Shown: positions 12,402 through 24,319, counted from the stretch's first letter. The stretch is DNA of 64,000 nt from Candidatus Eiseniibacteriota bacterium (GCA_963792585.1 CAWBWI010000004.1:1-64000), one strand, 5' to 3'. Made by a program: numbers and translations. Notes: generated by a model not told the origin, from the sequence alone.

Positions 12402-13958
12402 TGCGCGGTTCCTCCCGTTTCCTTCTCGCGGTCCGGATCCTCGTTCTCCGGCTCTGGAGCTTCGGAGGAACCACTCGTCTCCTCGGTCATCTCACTCTCG
12501 GTTGGCGCGTCCGCGTCCTGGTCCGTGGCCTCGTCGTCGGCCGTGGCGGAGTCGGCCGCCTCGGCATCGGACTCATCGGCCTCTTCGGAGTCCTCGAGTT
12601 CCGCCGCGTCCGCGAGGTCGCCCGCGCCTTCCGCGTCGCCCTCCTCGGTTTCCGTCGTGCGGCCTTCGGCCTCATCCTTCAGACGCCGATTCCGCTCCGC
12701 GGCGCGCTGCTCGAGAATCTGCGCCCCGGTGAGCAGCAGTCGCTGCGCGGTCTTTTCTCCCACGCCCGGGATCTCCATCAGGTCCTCGATCGACGTCTCC
12801 ATGACGTCCTGGAGCGTTTCCTTGCCGCTCTTGACGAGCTTCTCGACGAGCTTCGGCCCGAGGTCCTTGGTGAGCGACTCGAGGTCGATGTCGCCCAATC
12901 CCGCCTTCTCGACCTTCTGGGCCTCGACCTGCGATTGGCTGACCAGCAGGATCTGCAGTTCGGTGAGCTTCGCGGCCAGGCGCGCATTCTGACCCCCGCG
13001 GCCGATCGCCAGGGGGATCTGGTCGTCGGCGACCACGACGGTCGCCTTCTTGGCCGCCTCGTCGTAGATCACGTCGAGGACGCGCGCGGGCGACAGCGCG
13101 CGGCTGACGAGGATCTTCGGATCGGCGCTCCAGGGAACGATGTCGATCCGCTCACCGCCGAGCTCCTTCACGATGTTCTGGACGCGCGAGCCCTTCATAC
13201 CGACGCAGGCCCCGACGGGATCGACGCGGTCGTCATGGCTCACAACGGTGATCTTCGTGCGTGAACCCGGCTCGCGCGCGATCGCCTTGATCTCGACGAC
13301 CCGCTCGAAGATCTCGGGCACTTCCTGTTCGAAGAGCTTGCGGACGAACTCGGGGTGGGTCCGCGACAGATGCAGTCTGCGGTCCCTTCTGGTCCTTGTC
13401 GACGTCCATCAGGATGGCGCGGACCGGATCACCGATCTTGAAGCGGTCCCGGTTGATCAACTCCCGGAACGGGATGATCCCTTCGGTCTTGCCGATCTTG
13501 ACGATCACGTTGCCCCGGTCGACCTGCTGGACGCTGCCGGAGAGGATCTGGCCCTTGCGGTCGAGGTACTCGTTGAAGACGTTCTCACGCTCCGCCTCGC
13601 GGACGCGCTGGACGAGGACCTGCTTGGCCGTCTGGATCGCGTTGCGTCCGAACTCCGCGATCGGCGCCTCGACGCGGACGATGTCTCCGGTGCGGGCGCG
13701 CGGATTGATCTTGCGCGCCTCGTCGAGGTCGATCTCGCCGCCGAGGTCGATCGCCACCGGGACGACCTTCCGGAATACGAGACACCGAATCTGACCGGTC
13801 ACCTCGTCGAAGCTCACCTGGACATCCTGGGCGGTCGCGTAGCGCTTGCGGGCGGCGCTGAGCAGCCCGATCGTCAACGTCTCGATCAGGAGCTTCTTGT
13901 CGACCGCCTTCTCGCGGGAGATCCCGCGGAGAGCTTCCAGGATTTCGTCATTCACCAT
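12398..13958 (-). CDS. nusA: Transcription termination/antitermination factor NusA (one frameshift), long acidic C-terminal tail
   Basis: FGRNAIQTAKQV, AREPGSRTK, DPVGACVGMKGSR, AIGRGGQNARLA. Confidence 0.97.
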
Positions 13959-13959
13959 T

Positions 13960-14476
13960 CTTCGGAACCTCGCCCGTCGCCGGGCCCCCAGGGGTCTCCG
14001 ACGCCTCACGGGGCGCCGCGGATCCAGCCTCAACTCTGCACGTTCAATCTGGGTCAAAGGGAAATCGGCCGGCCCCAGACCATCCACCCGGATCGCGGCG
14101 ATCCCGTCATCACAGCCCAGGATCGTCCCCTCGAAGTGGCCGGACTCCGTCCCGCTCCTGCAGGGTCCAGATGTGGACCCGCTCGCCGACGAAGCGCCGG
14201 AAGTGAGCTCCGGTCCTGACCACCCGCTCCATTCCGGGCGACGAGACCTCGAGTTCGTAATGCCCCACCAATGCCAGATCCGCGTCGAGCACCAAGGCGA
14301 TCCGTCGGCTCAAATGAGCCAAATCGTCGATCGTCGAGGCCGGCTTCCCGGTCCACGAAGAAACGCAACTTCACGAGGTTGCGCAACCGCTCGATACTGA
14401 GTTTCCAGGAGCTCGGCGCCTTCCTCGTCCAAGAGCGGTCCGAGCCGCTCCTGCCATTGCGATGGTGATCCGGCAT
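13960..14476 (-). CDS. rimP: Ribosome maturation factor RimP (frameshifted; boundaries approximate)
   Basis: YELEVSSPGMER...FRRFVGE. Upstream of nusA. Confidence 0.88.
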
Positions 14477-14481
14477 AGAAT

Positions 14482-14545
14482 GAAAATGCGGGACCGTTGC
14501 CCGCCCCGCATACCCTAGGCCAAGACTCCTTGTCCCGCAAGGAGT
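14482..14545 (-). terminator. rimP-leader hairpins / putative attenuator
   Basis: Minus-strand RNA ACUCCUUG-CGGGA-CAAGGAGU (14545-14525), then AUGCGGGGC-G-G(GCAA)C-G-GUCCCGCAU followed by UUUC (14511-14482). Confidence 0.6.
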
Positions 14546-14563
14546 TTCGCCTGGAATGCCTAT

Positions 14564-15475
14564 CTACTGGAGCGAACCTCCGTAAAGGAAATCGACCAGC
14601 AAACATCCCGCCTGTCCCAGACTCTCCGGAGCACAGGCGCGTGGCACATCGTCGACAGTGTGCCACTGGGGGAAGTGCATGTCAACTAGGTCGACCGCGG
14701 GGATCCCCCTCTCGAGATACGGGACGTGGTCGTCCAGGACGCGTAGCACACGCGATCCTCGAAACCGGCCAGCCCGAGGTCCCCGGCCCGCCGGAAGAGC
14801 AGGTCGTTGAGCCAACCGGCCATCTGCTCGGAGTTGGCCTCGCGGCAGATGTGGAGATCCTTGCCGCCGACGATGTCGATCACGATCACGGCCCGGGGAA
14901 ACGGGGCGGCAAGGGACCGCGCATACTCCCGGGAACCGAGCAGGTAGGCGTCGTCCTCCCCTTCCCGGCCCTGGTCCTCCCCATCGAAGAAGACCAGCTC
15001 CACCGGAATGGGCGGAGGGCGCTTCCCCATGATCGCCCGCGAGGGTCAGCAGGACGGCAACCCCGCTCGCCCCGTCGTTCGCGCCCAGGATCGGCCGCCC
15101 CCTCTTGGCGGGGTCGACATCCTTGTCGGCCCACGGCCTCGAATCCCAGTGGGCGCCGATCAGGATCGCCTCTCCGGGGGGACCGAACCGGGCGACGAGG
15201 TTGGTCAGGAGAAGGGAGTCCCCCGCGGCATCGGTCTTGGCGCGGAACGTCTGCCGGCGGACGGCCGCGCCGCTCGTGCGCAACGACGTCTCCATCAGGT
15301 CGAGGCAACGCGCATGGGCCTGGGTCCCCGGCACCCTCGGGCCCAGGGCGCACTGCGCGAGGAGGTGCGCCCAGGCCTCGGCCGCGGGAAACTCGGGGAT
15401 CGGATCGCCGGCGCGGGCCGCCGCCCCCGGGAGGGCGGCAAGGAGCAGAATCAGCAAGCCCCGAAGCCGTCGCAT
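14564..15475 (-). CDS. M28 family zinc enzyme, glutaminyl-peptide cyclotransferase-like (internal frameshifts)
   Basis: Signal peptide; GPRVPGT, GAHWDSRPWAD, GANDGASGVAVLL, FFDGEDQG, DDHVPY, WHTVDD. Confidence 0.8.
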   Translation of the reverse strand: MRRLRGLLILLLAALPGAAARAGDPIPEFPAAEAWAHLLAQCALGPRVPGTQAHARCLDLMETSLRTSGAAVRRQTFRAKTDAAGDSLLLTNLVARFGPPGEAILIGAHWDSRPWADKDVDPAKRGRPILGANDGASGVAVLLTLAGDHGEAPSAHSGGAGLLRWGGPGPGRGGRRLPARFPGVCAVPCRPVSPGRDRDRHRRRQGSPHLPRGQLRADGRLAQRPALPAGRGPRAGRFRGSRVLRVLDDHVPYLERGIPAVDLVDMHFPQWHTVDDVPRACAPESLGQAGCLLVDFLYGGSLQ

Positions 15476-15478
15476 CGA

Positions 15479-18400
15479 CTAGAAGTTGAACGCCGCCGAG
15501 AGGGTGACGCTCACATACCTGGCGGTGTTCGTCTTGTTCTTCCGGTCGGTGTCCTGCCCGACGGTCAACCCTGCATTGCCACTGATGCTGCTCGTGAAGT
15601 TGTACCCCGCGGTCGTCGATACCGCGAATTTCGCCCGATCTTCGAGCGTGACGATGGCGCCTTCGGGTCCGCTGTCGCGGAGGTTGTCCTGGAGGTCGAG
15701 GGCGAGCGAGAGATCGAGCTTCGATGTGAGTCGGTTCGTCTTCTTCGTGATCGGGTTGGTGACCATGCGGGTGAGGTTCAAGGATTTGCGCATGGTCAGT
15801 CCGAGCTGCCGATTGCGCGTCTTGCTCACGTTTCGGGCCACGCCGAATTGCTTCGCCTCGGTCGATTGGTAGGCCGAGGTCAGCTTGGCCATGATCCCGC
15901 TTCCAACCGTGGCATCGAGATTCAGGAGCGGGCGCAGGCTGACCGAGGTTTGAGACCGGTCCTTCGGGTTCGTGGTCGTCCCCGTCTCGCTGGTCTCGCG
16001 CGAGTATCGGGTGGTCGCGCGAACGTCCTTAGCGATTCGATCGAGACCCAGCTTCTTGTGGAGGCGCCCCCAGTTGATGTCGAGATCGGGAAACTTGCGC
16101 GTGGACGTCTTGGTGATCGCCCCGTTGGTTGTGGTCTTGTTGGTCCCCTGCTGGTACGTGGTGCGAATCGTCAGTTCCGACAGGATCTTGAAGTCGGTTG
16201 CGAAATTCAGGTCCCTACGGTCCCCCGACTCACTGGTCAGACCGGAGAGCTTGTGCACGCCGTCGCCCGGATCGCGCGAGAACCCCAGCTGGTAGCCGAC
16301 GGACGGCTCCCCCGCGACGCGGCTGAAGCGACTCGACCGGCCGATCGTGTAGGTCGCGCTCACCGCGCTCATACTGAAAAGGGCGCTCCCGGTGCCCGAT
16401 GGCCGAGTGACACGGCGCACGGCCCCGCGATCCCCTTGCGTCGTGTCGGGGGGCGCCGTCGGCGCGGCGGGACCGCCCCCGCCGATCGCGCCGATTCGGT
16501 TCAGCAGTCGCTCGATCGGCAGACCGCTCGCCAGGCTCACCGTGCTCGAGTTCGAGTATGCGTTGCTGCGGCGGTCCGCTTGATCCGTGCCGGAGGCGAT
16601 CTGATTGAACCTCCCGTCGAAACTTCCCGACCAGGAGAGCTTGGGGACGATCGCTCGGTTCCAGAGGGCGATCTGCTGGCTCGCAGTGAGTTGCTGGCGC
16701 CGGGACGTCTCGGTCCCGAGGCGGACGCCGAGCAGCTTCGTCGGCGCGGTGCTCAGCCGCAAGTCCCGCGTCTGGTCGAAGGTGTAGTTGACGATGTCGT
16801 GCGGCCGCAACCCGGTCGACCAGTTCATCGTCCCCTGCCGCGTGGTCAGGTCCAGCCGCTTCTCGTACGGCTGGTTCAAGTCGCCGTTCTTCCGTTGGTA
16901 CTGGATGCGCTCATCCTCGCCACCCGAGAACGTGGTCGACAGGTGGGTCGGAAGCAGCTTCAGCTGCGTTCTTCGGAACACGCGCAGCGGCGGCCCCCCC
17001 TGGAGGGGCAGGCTGTATTGAATCTGCCCCGAGCGGGAACTCGTCGTGTCGCGCGAGTCGGGCGTGTTCTGGATCGACTTGCCCAGACGTCCCGACAGGC
17101 TCACGGCGTCGAGCGTGTAGCGAAGCCATGGATTCGCCGACCGCGTCCGCTGGACGCTGAATGTGAAGTCGCGTTGCTGCCCCTCGCTCACGTCCCGATC
17201 GGTCGGCTGGGCCACCACGAGATCGCTGTTGGTCCGGAACTTCGGCACCTGCCGGTTCCGGTTGAAGGAGAAGCTGATCGGTATGCGCAGGCCGGTTTGC
17301 TCGAAGTGGCGATCCAGATTCCAGCGCGTGTTGAGCCCCATGTCGGTTCGGGTCGTGCCGCTTCCCCGATCGCTTCCGATCTTGAGAAAGTCCGCATCCT
17401 GCTTCGTGTAGGACACATTGAGGGCACCGACGTCCGAGAATCCGAGGCTGAGGCCGAACCGGTTCGCGATCCCCGGATCGCGCTTCACGCCGTTCAGGCG
17501 CAGTTCATCCACCCACACGTTGGCCGAGACGACCGGCGTCGTCCCGACGTTGATCACGCCGAATGAGATCCGCTGGATGCTCGCAAGGCTCGGGCTGCCG
17601 CGCCGGCTGATCACGGAGCCGTCGCCCAGCTGCTGGAACACGAGTCCCGTGGAGTCGGCGGGAAGGCGCTGCAATTGCGAGAGGACCTGCATGTCGAGCT
17701 CTTTCAGGCTCCAGCCGTCGGTGACCCGAGAGCGGTACTCGTAGTAGTTCTCCTCCTCCGTGTTCGCGTTGCGCGCGAAGCGGACATAGAAGTCGAGGTC
17801 CGGATCGGCTCCCTCGCGGATCCGTCGATTGAGCCAGAACTGGATCGTCCGGTAGAGACCCACGAAGTCCTGCGGCTGGGTATAGGTGCGGTAGACGCTC
17901 GAACGATCGCCCGGCTGGATGTTGCGCATTTCCAGCGTCAGCGACTGCTCGCGCTCTTCGATGTTCTGGCGCTCCCTCGGCTTGAAGGGCGGATAGTACT
18001 CGGAGGTCGAGTTGTCCTTGTTGTTCAGGACGGCGGGGAAGAAGTCCTCCCCGCGGCTCGCCAGCTCCGATTGAGGGATCTCGACCCCGCTCGAATCCCG
18101 GATCGTCCCCTTCAGCCAGCGGTTCCCGGTGATCTGGATCCCGCCGATCTGGATCCGACTCTCTTCCGCGACCCCGTCCACCCAGAGACGCAGATGCCGG
18201 ACCTGCTCCCAGCTCGGCGACCCCACGACATGATAGAACTGCGGGGTGAGCGGAATCCGGACGCGTCGCCAACCCCGCGTGAAGGGCGCGTATTTCGGAT
18301 CCTGATCGGGTGCGGTCGACGACTCGAACTCCACCAGGGTCGTGTCGGCAAGGTCGAACGCGAAGGAGAAGTACGACTCCGCCAGGTCGAGGATCAGGTT

Positions 18401-21400
18401 CCCGTTGAGGTCCTCCGAATCGAGCCGGCCGTTGCGCTCGGTCCCGTTGATCTTCCGGAAGAGCGCCGGGTCGGCCCCTGGATCGCGGTTGTTTTGATCC
18501 TGGGTCTCCTCGAATTCCCAGTTGTCGAACGCGGGATCGGAATCGGAGGCCCCGTCGCAGGAGACCTCGTCGCGGTTTGGAACCTGATCGAGCCCGACGT
18601 CCTCGCCGACATCCCCGCCCGGGGCGTCGAGCTGGCCGTCGCGGTTCTTGTCCTCGGTGTCGAGGATCCCGTTGAGATCGAGAAGACTGTCCACGCAAGC
18701 CGTCATCTTCTCGGGGGGATTCTCTTCCAGAGCGCATCCTCGGAGACGACCCCGAGATCGATGTGAACCTTTCCCTGCCGCTTCGCGCGCTCATCGGGGG
18801 GGTCGAAGGCGTGGAAGTCATTCACCCAGATATCCAGGAATTGCGCGCGTGAAAGGTCCGTACCGCGTTGCGACAGCGGCGAGACGAGGGAGAACCACGA
18901 CTCGCGCCGTTCCGTCTCGGTTCCCCCGCGCGGGAAGAGACGGATTTCGAGCACCTGACGGTTGTTGTCCTTCTCGGTGTCGGCCAACCCTCCCCTGCTC
19001 TCGACGGTCGGCTGGAGATCGCCTTCCTTCACCGCGGATCGCGGCGTGTACCACCAGGCTTGCCCGTGGCGGAGAATGCGTCCGAAGTCGTCGCCGCCCT
19101 CCGCCTCTCGGGAGTGCTCGAAGCCCTCCAGACGAACCGGTTCATCGAGACATCGGAAGACGTCCTTCGCCCCCTCGAAGTCGTCGATGTAGAGCTGGTC
19201 ACGGGTGTTCGGATTCGGGAACGACAGGCCGACGCCTGCGTCGAGACCGACCGGACTCCCGGCTCGTGCCTGACACCCGGCATCGCGTCGACGAGGTTCG
19301 TCAGCATCCACGAGTCGGTCTTGTAGGAGGTGGCGAGTTCGCCCACGACCGTGCGCGTCGGCTCCTGGCCCAGGCGGGGCCGTCGCCCCTCGACCCCGGG
19401 CGCGCCCTTGCTCTCGTAGATCCAGGTCGTCGAGAGATCGAGCTTGGTGCGTTTCCGGGCGGTATCGAAGCGCCGCCGCCATCAGGGTCTTCTGCGCCCC
19501 GCCGCCGAAGGGCAGGTAGCTGTAGCTCACCTTGATCTCGTCGGTGTCCCGCACGTCGGCCGCGTCGAGGATCTCGATTTCGCCCGGTGTCGTAGTCGAT
19601 CGAGTAGTCGCGGTCGCGCATCAGCGTGCGCCCGCCCGCGGTCACGACCTCCGAACCCTGGAGGATGTTGAACGCATTCAGGGTGATGCGCGACACCGAG
19701 GTCCGCGCCGTCACCTCGAAGACGTACTTGCGAGAAGGTGGATGGGTCGGTTCCGCCGGACCAATCGTTGCGCTCGTACAGTCTGCCCACGGTCTCATCC
19801 CCTTTGAGGGTGTCGGGGCGCACCGTCGTGCCGAAGCGCCGGATGATGTCGCTCTCCGTCGGCGCGAACGGTTGCAGTTCGCGGAACATCACGTAGCCCG
19901 ATTCGTAGTTGATTCTGCCGCGGTCGATTCTCGCGTCGGGGCCGGGCGACTGGTTCTCCCCCGCGTCGGTGAAGAGGTCGAGGCCGAGGATCGTCAGATA
20001 GGTATCGTCGCCCTTGCGGTCGGGGTTCGTGATACCCCCCAGCGTCACCTTGCGCCGCACGCGCACGTTGAGACCCTCCGGCGAGAGGTTGCTCCCCAAG
20101 TCATAGATGTTCCGCAACTCGAGTCGGCGGGTCTCCTCGAAGATTCCCTGGGTCAGATCGAGTGGATTGGCCCCTCCCATTTCGCTGGCCGGCCGGATCA
20201 GCTTGAGGACCAGGGTGTCGGGGCCGGCAAGATCGCCGACGCTGGCCTTCGAGGTCTCGTAGGAAACGGCGAGGGCCTTCGTCATCCGGCCGTCCATGGT
20301 CTGCGAGTCGTTCAGGATCAGGACCGGATAGCCCGTGTAGACGTCGTTCTGGACGATGTAGTCGTCGTTGGCCGTGAGCTTGAAGAAGTCTCCCGCCGCC
20401 CGGAACGCGCGCGGGGCCGCATTCCCCGAGAGCGTGACGTAAGCCGGCTTCGTTCCCTGTTCGCAGGTTGTTGTCGCCCCGGCGATCGTCGATCCAGACC
20501 TGGACGCTTCCCGGCACGAGCTCTCCCAGTCCCTGCCCGGAGTTGTCCATGGGAAACCCGTCCGGGTCGGTCAGGAAGAAGAACTTCCCCTGCTTGTACT
20601 CCCAGTCGTTGACCTGAAAGGTGCGGATCTCCGCCCCTTTGGTGAGGGAGCGGGTGTCGTTCTTGCCTTCCTGCTTGCTCAAGATCCCGTTGATCTCCAT
20701 GTCGCCGACCAGCGCCTGGGCGTTGATACCGAACAGACCCTGATGGCTGCCGCCGTAGGAGACGTACTGGGTGCCGGGGAGCGAGAGGCTCGTGTTCCCG
20801 AGGTCGACCTTCTGAACGATCTCATCGGCGTATCCCTTGTAGTGGATCTTGATCCGGTTCGCCAGCGGGGTCGCAGCCTGGCTCGATTGATCGACGTCGA
20901 CGGAGACCTTGTCGCCGATGCTCCCGGTGAGTTGCAGGTTCAACTCCTGCTTCATGTCGAGCTGGGGGAACTTCGATTGCTTGCGCTGGAACTCCGTGAT
21001 GGGCCGGTCCGGGTACCACCGGCTGGTTCCGCTGAAGGAGATCCGTTCGCTCCCCCGCACGTTGAGGTTCGGCTTCCCGGAGCCCACGATGCTGCGGATC
21101 GCCCCGGGCATCTCGATCGGCAACGCCAGCTCGGGCACCAGCCCGCCACGTCCCCCGGTCCCCGGGTCGGCCAACTGGAGACCCCGCATTGCCTCACTCG
21201 CCCAGAGGGAGCGGTACCGTTCGCGGGAGATTGCGGACAGGTACTCGGAGACCGGCATGGGGAAGGAGGGCGCGATCGGCGTGCCGCGCACTTCATAGGC
21301 TTCGGTCACCAGCCCCGAGTCGATCTGCGCAGAGATCTCGACGGGTGATGATCTCCCGGCCGCGGAGACGGGCCCAGCGGGGAGGGAGCCAACCCTGTCC

Positions 21401-21745
21401 AAGGCTGTCCTGAAGAACGACGAATTCCTCGAACCGGTCCGACCGCATGCCGAGGGAATCCTCGGGGGCGCGGAAGGCGTCCGGGAGGAGGCCCGCCGTC
21501 CGGAGGCTCGATCGGGCGCGGTAGCGCAAGACCATCTGATAGAGAAACTGGCCTCGATCGAGGCTCGACCGAGGCGTCCGGTCCCACAATCCGAAATAGG
21601 GCTCGTCCTCCCCCAGGAGGGGGGTCGCGGCCGAGACCAGCGCAAGGCAGGCCAGGACGCAGATCAGCCAGCGGTTATGGGGGAACACGAACCGCTCACC
21701 GTGGTGTCTGACGGTTGGGGATGGGAGTTCCTCCTGGGTTCTCAC
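15479..21745 (-). CDS. sprA: SprA/Sov-like T9SS outer-membrane translocon (~2100 aa, split by several frameshifts)
   Basis: LNLQLTGSIGDKVSVDVD, IHYKGYADEIVQKVDLGNTSLSLPG, GLFGI, ILQGSEVVTAGGRTL.RDRDY.IDY, YIDDFEG, HIDLGVVSED, LDTEDKNRDG, VWVDELRL. Ends in a beta-signal-like AAFNF. Confidence 0.88.
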
Positions 21746-21827
21746 GGGCGGTATATACTCCGACCCTGAGCATCTGGGTCCAAGGGAACACGCCCCAGGG
21801 CTTTATCGATTACACACGGAGGCTTGG

Positions 21828-23243
21828 TTGACGTCAAGACGGGTGGTCCCGTTCGGCATTCTTTCACGCTATGTGACCCGCGCTCTCGTGCGGCCGTTCT
21901 TCCTCGGATTCGGCGTGGTCACGTTCCTCCTGATCCTGGAGTTCCTTCTGGACTACCTCGATCTCTTCCTCGGGAAGGGGATCCCGCTCTGGACCGTCGG
22001 GCGCCTCTTCGTCCTCGGGCTGGGCTGGATGGTCGCCCTCTCGGTCCCCTGCGGGGTCCTGGTCGCGGTCCTGATGGCGTACGGACAGATGAGTCAGGAT
22101 AACGAAGTCACCGCCCTCCGCGCGAGCGGCGTCAATCTCATCGCCGCAATGCTCCCCGCCCTCACGTCGGCGGTGCTGATCGGGGGCGGTCTGGCCGCCT
22201 TCAACAACTACATCCTACCCGAATCCAATCATGCCTTCGCCAACCTCGTCGCGAGCATCCAGCAGAATGAGGCCCGACGGCGCAGATTCAGGAAGGGATC
22301 TTCATCGACGATTTCGAAGGCTACAACCTGTTCGTTCGAAAGCTCGACGATCGCACGGGGGCGATGCGGGACGTGTTGATCATCGACGCTTCGGAGAGCC
22401 GCAGCGCGCCGCGAACGATCATCGCCCGCCAGGGGGAGCTGCGTTACCTTCCGGACCAGAATGCGATTTCCCTCACGCTCCGCGACGGCGAGATCCACGA
22501 GGCCGATCCGGATGACAAGGACGGGCGCTACCGCAGGCTCGCCTTCGAGGAACAGACGATGCAGCTGAAAGGGGCTGCCGAGGCGTTCGCCAACGCGGCC
22601 AATCGGAACCGGGGGCAGCGGGAGATGTCGGTTGCGCAGATGAAGGCGGAGATCGGGAAACTCCGAGACGGAGCAGGGCATGTACCAGACCCAGATCGAC
22701 TCCTCGCTGGCCGGCCTCGGGGTGTCCCAGGCGAGTGAGCTTCCCCTCGATCGCGCCTGCGGGAACGAAGCCGCGCGGACTCCGCCGTCTCGCAGGGATC
22801 GTCGCCGGCGTCTTCGGCGGCGGGCAGAGGGCGACGCCCCAGCCGGAAGTTCCCCCGGAAACGCGCCGGCAGGATCGAGGATCTGAACATCCGGATCTTT
22901 CAGGCCGACGCGGTCCGCCGGCGAATCGATCAGTACGACGTCGAGATCCAGAAGAAGTTCTCGATCCCGTTCGCCTGCATCGTCTTCGTTCTCGTCGGCG
23001 CTCCCCTCGGAATGCGGGCGCGCCGCGGCGGACTCGCGGCCGGGTTCCTCTCCGTCGCCTTCTTCCTCTTCTACTACCTCTGCCTGATCGGCGGCGAGCA
23101 ACTGGCGGACCGCGGGCTGCATGCCCGTCTGGTTGTCGATGTGGCTGCCGAATGTGGCGCTCGGGCTCCTGGGAATCCGACTGACCTGGCTGGTTACACG
23201 GACCGGATTCCCCGTGGCCGCTCTGCAGCGGAGGCGGACATGA
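21828..23243 (+). CDS. lptF: LPS export ABC transporter permease LptF (frameshifted)
   Basis: ILSRYV, DNEVTALRASGV, NNYILPESN, EIQKKFSIPFACIVF..VGAPLG. TTG start after GGAGG. Confidence 0.9.
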
Positions 23244-24319
23244 GCCGCCTCGACCGCTATGTGCTCCGCGACTTCCTCCTCTACACCCTGATGGGAGTCG
23301 CCCTCTTCGTCGGCATCTACATCCTGGTGGACGCGTTCGAGAAGATCGACACCCTCGTCGACAACCATGCGTCGCTCCTCCTGGTGTTCCGCTACTACCT
23401 CTGGAGCATGCCGATCATCCTGATCCAGGTGGCCCCGATCGCGGTGCTCCTCGGCGCGATGCTCTCCCTCGGCCAGTTGCGGCGATTCAACGAGGTGACC
23501 GCGATGCAGGGGGCCGGGGTCTCCCCTGTCCAGATCGCCCGGCCGATGCTCATCGCGGGGCTATGCCTCTCCGCCGCGGTCTACGGGGTTTCCGAACTCC
23601 TCGTTCCCCACGCCTATCAGGCTCAGTCCCACATCATGAGGGTGCAGATCAAGGGCCAGCCCGCAGGCGAACGGACGGCGCGCACGGGGATTCGCTATCT
23701 CGGCCAGGGGGGCAACTTCTACATGATCGAGTTCCTCGACGTCCTCACCGGAACCATGCGAAACGTCTCGGTCCAGAAGCTGCAACGCGACGCGATCGAG
23801 TCCCGCATCGATGCCGCGGGCGCGCAGCTGGCCGATGGTATCTGGCGCTTCGAGAATGGCTACTTGCGGGCCTTCGCCGATTCGAGCGAGACGAGTCTTC
23901 ACTTCCGCAGGTACGGGACCTCCCGCCTGAGCGAGACGCCCGCGGACTTCTCACGCGAGGATCGGAGCCCCTTCCAGATGAACATGGCGGATCTGCGCCG
24001 TTACGCGGAGCGGGTGCGCGCAAGCGGCGGACGCGATCGGAAGATGCGCGTCGACTACAATCTCCGCATCTCGTTTCCACTCGCCAACCTGATCATGGTC
24101 CTGCTGGGGGCGAGCCTGTCGCTCCGGATCGTGCGGGGCGGCAACATCGCGCTCGGATTCGGCGCGACGATCGCGGTGGGATTCGCCTACTACGCGTGCC
24201 TCAGGGCCGGGCAGGCGCTCGGCTACAACGGCGCGGTCTCGCCCGTCGTCGCCGCCTGGATCGGGAACATCTTCTTCGGTGCGCTCGGATCGATCTTCTT
24301 CTGGAAGGTCTCGCGGTAG
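23240..24319 (+). CDS. lptG: LPS export ABC transporter permease LptG
   Basis: MSRLDRYV, FNEVTAMQGAGVS, ISFPLANLIMVLLG, VVAAWIGN. Confidence 0.9.
   Translation: MSRLDRYVLRDFLLYTLMGVALFVGIYILVDAFEKIDTLVDNHASLLLVFRYYLWSMPIILIQVAPIAVLLGAMLSLGQLRRFNEVTAMQGAGVSPVQIARPMLIAGLCLSAAVYGVSELLVPHAYQAQSHIMRVQIKGQPAGERTARTGIRYLGQGGNFYMIEFLDVLTGTMRNVSVQKLQRDAIESRIDAAGAQLADGIWRFENGYLRAFADSSETSLHFRRYGTSRLSETPADFSREDRSPFQMNMADLRRYAERVRASGGRDRKMRVDYNLRISFPLANLIMVLLGASLSLRIVRGGNIALGFGATIAVGFAYYACLRAGQALGYNGAVSPVVAAWIGNIFFGALGSIFFWKVSR

Noticed and set aside
4890..14476. Mass pseudogenisation or programmed frameshifting of essential genes
   Set aside because: infB, nusA, rpsO and others are essential and keep all motifs. 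The indels are scattered without slippery-site patterns, so sequencing or consensus error is far more likely.
15008..17566. 852-aa plus-strand ORF and many similar long antisense ORFs
   Set aside because: Shadow ORFs opposite real genes, expected from high-GC codon bias; no recognisable motifs.
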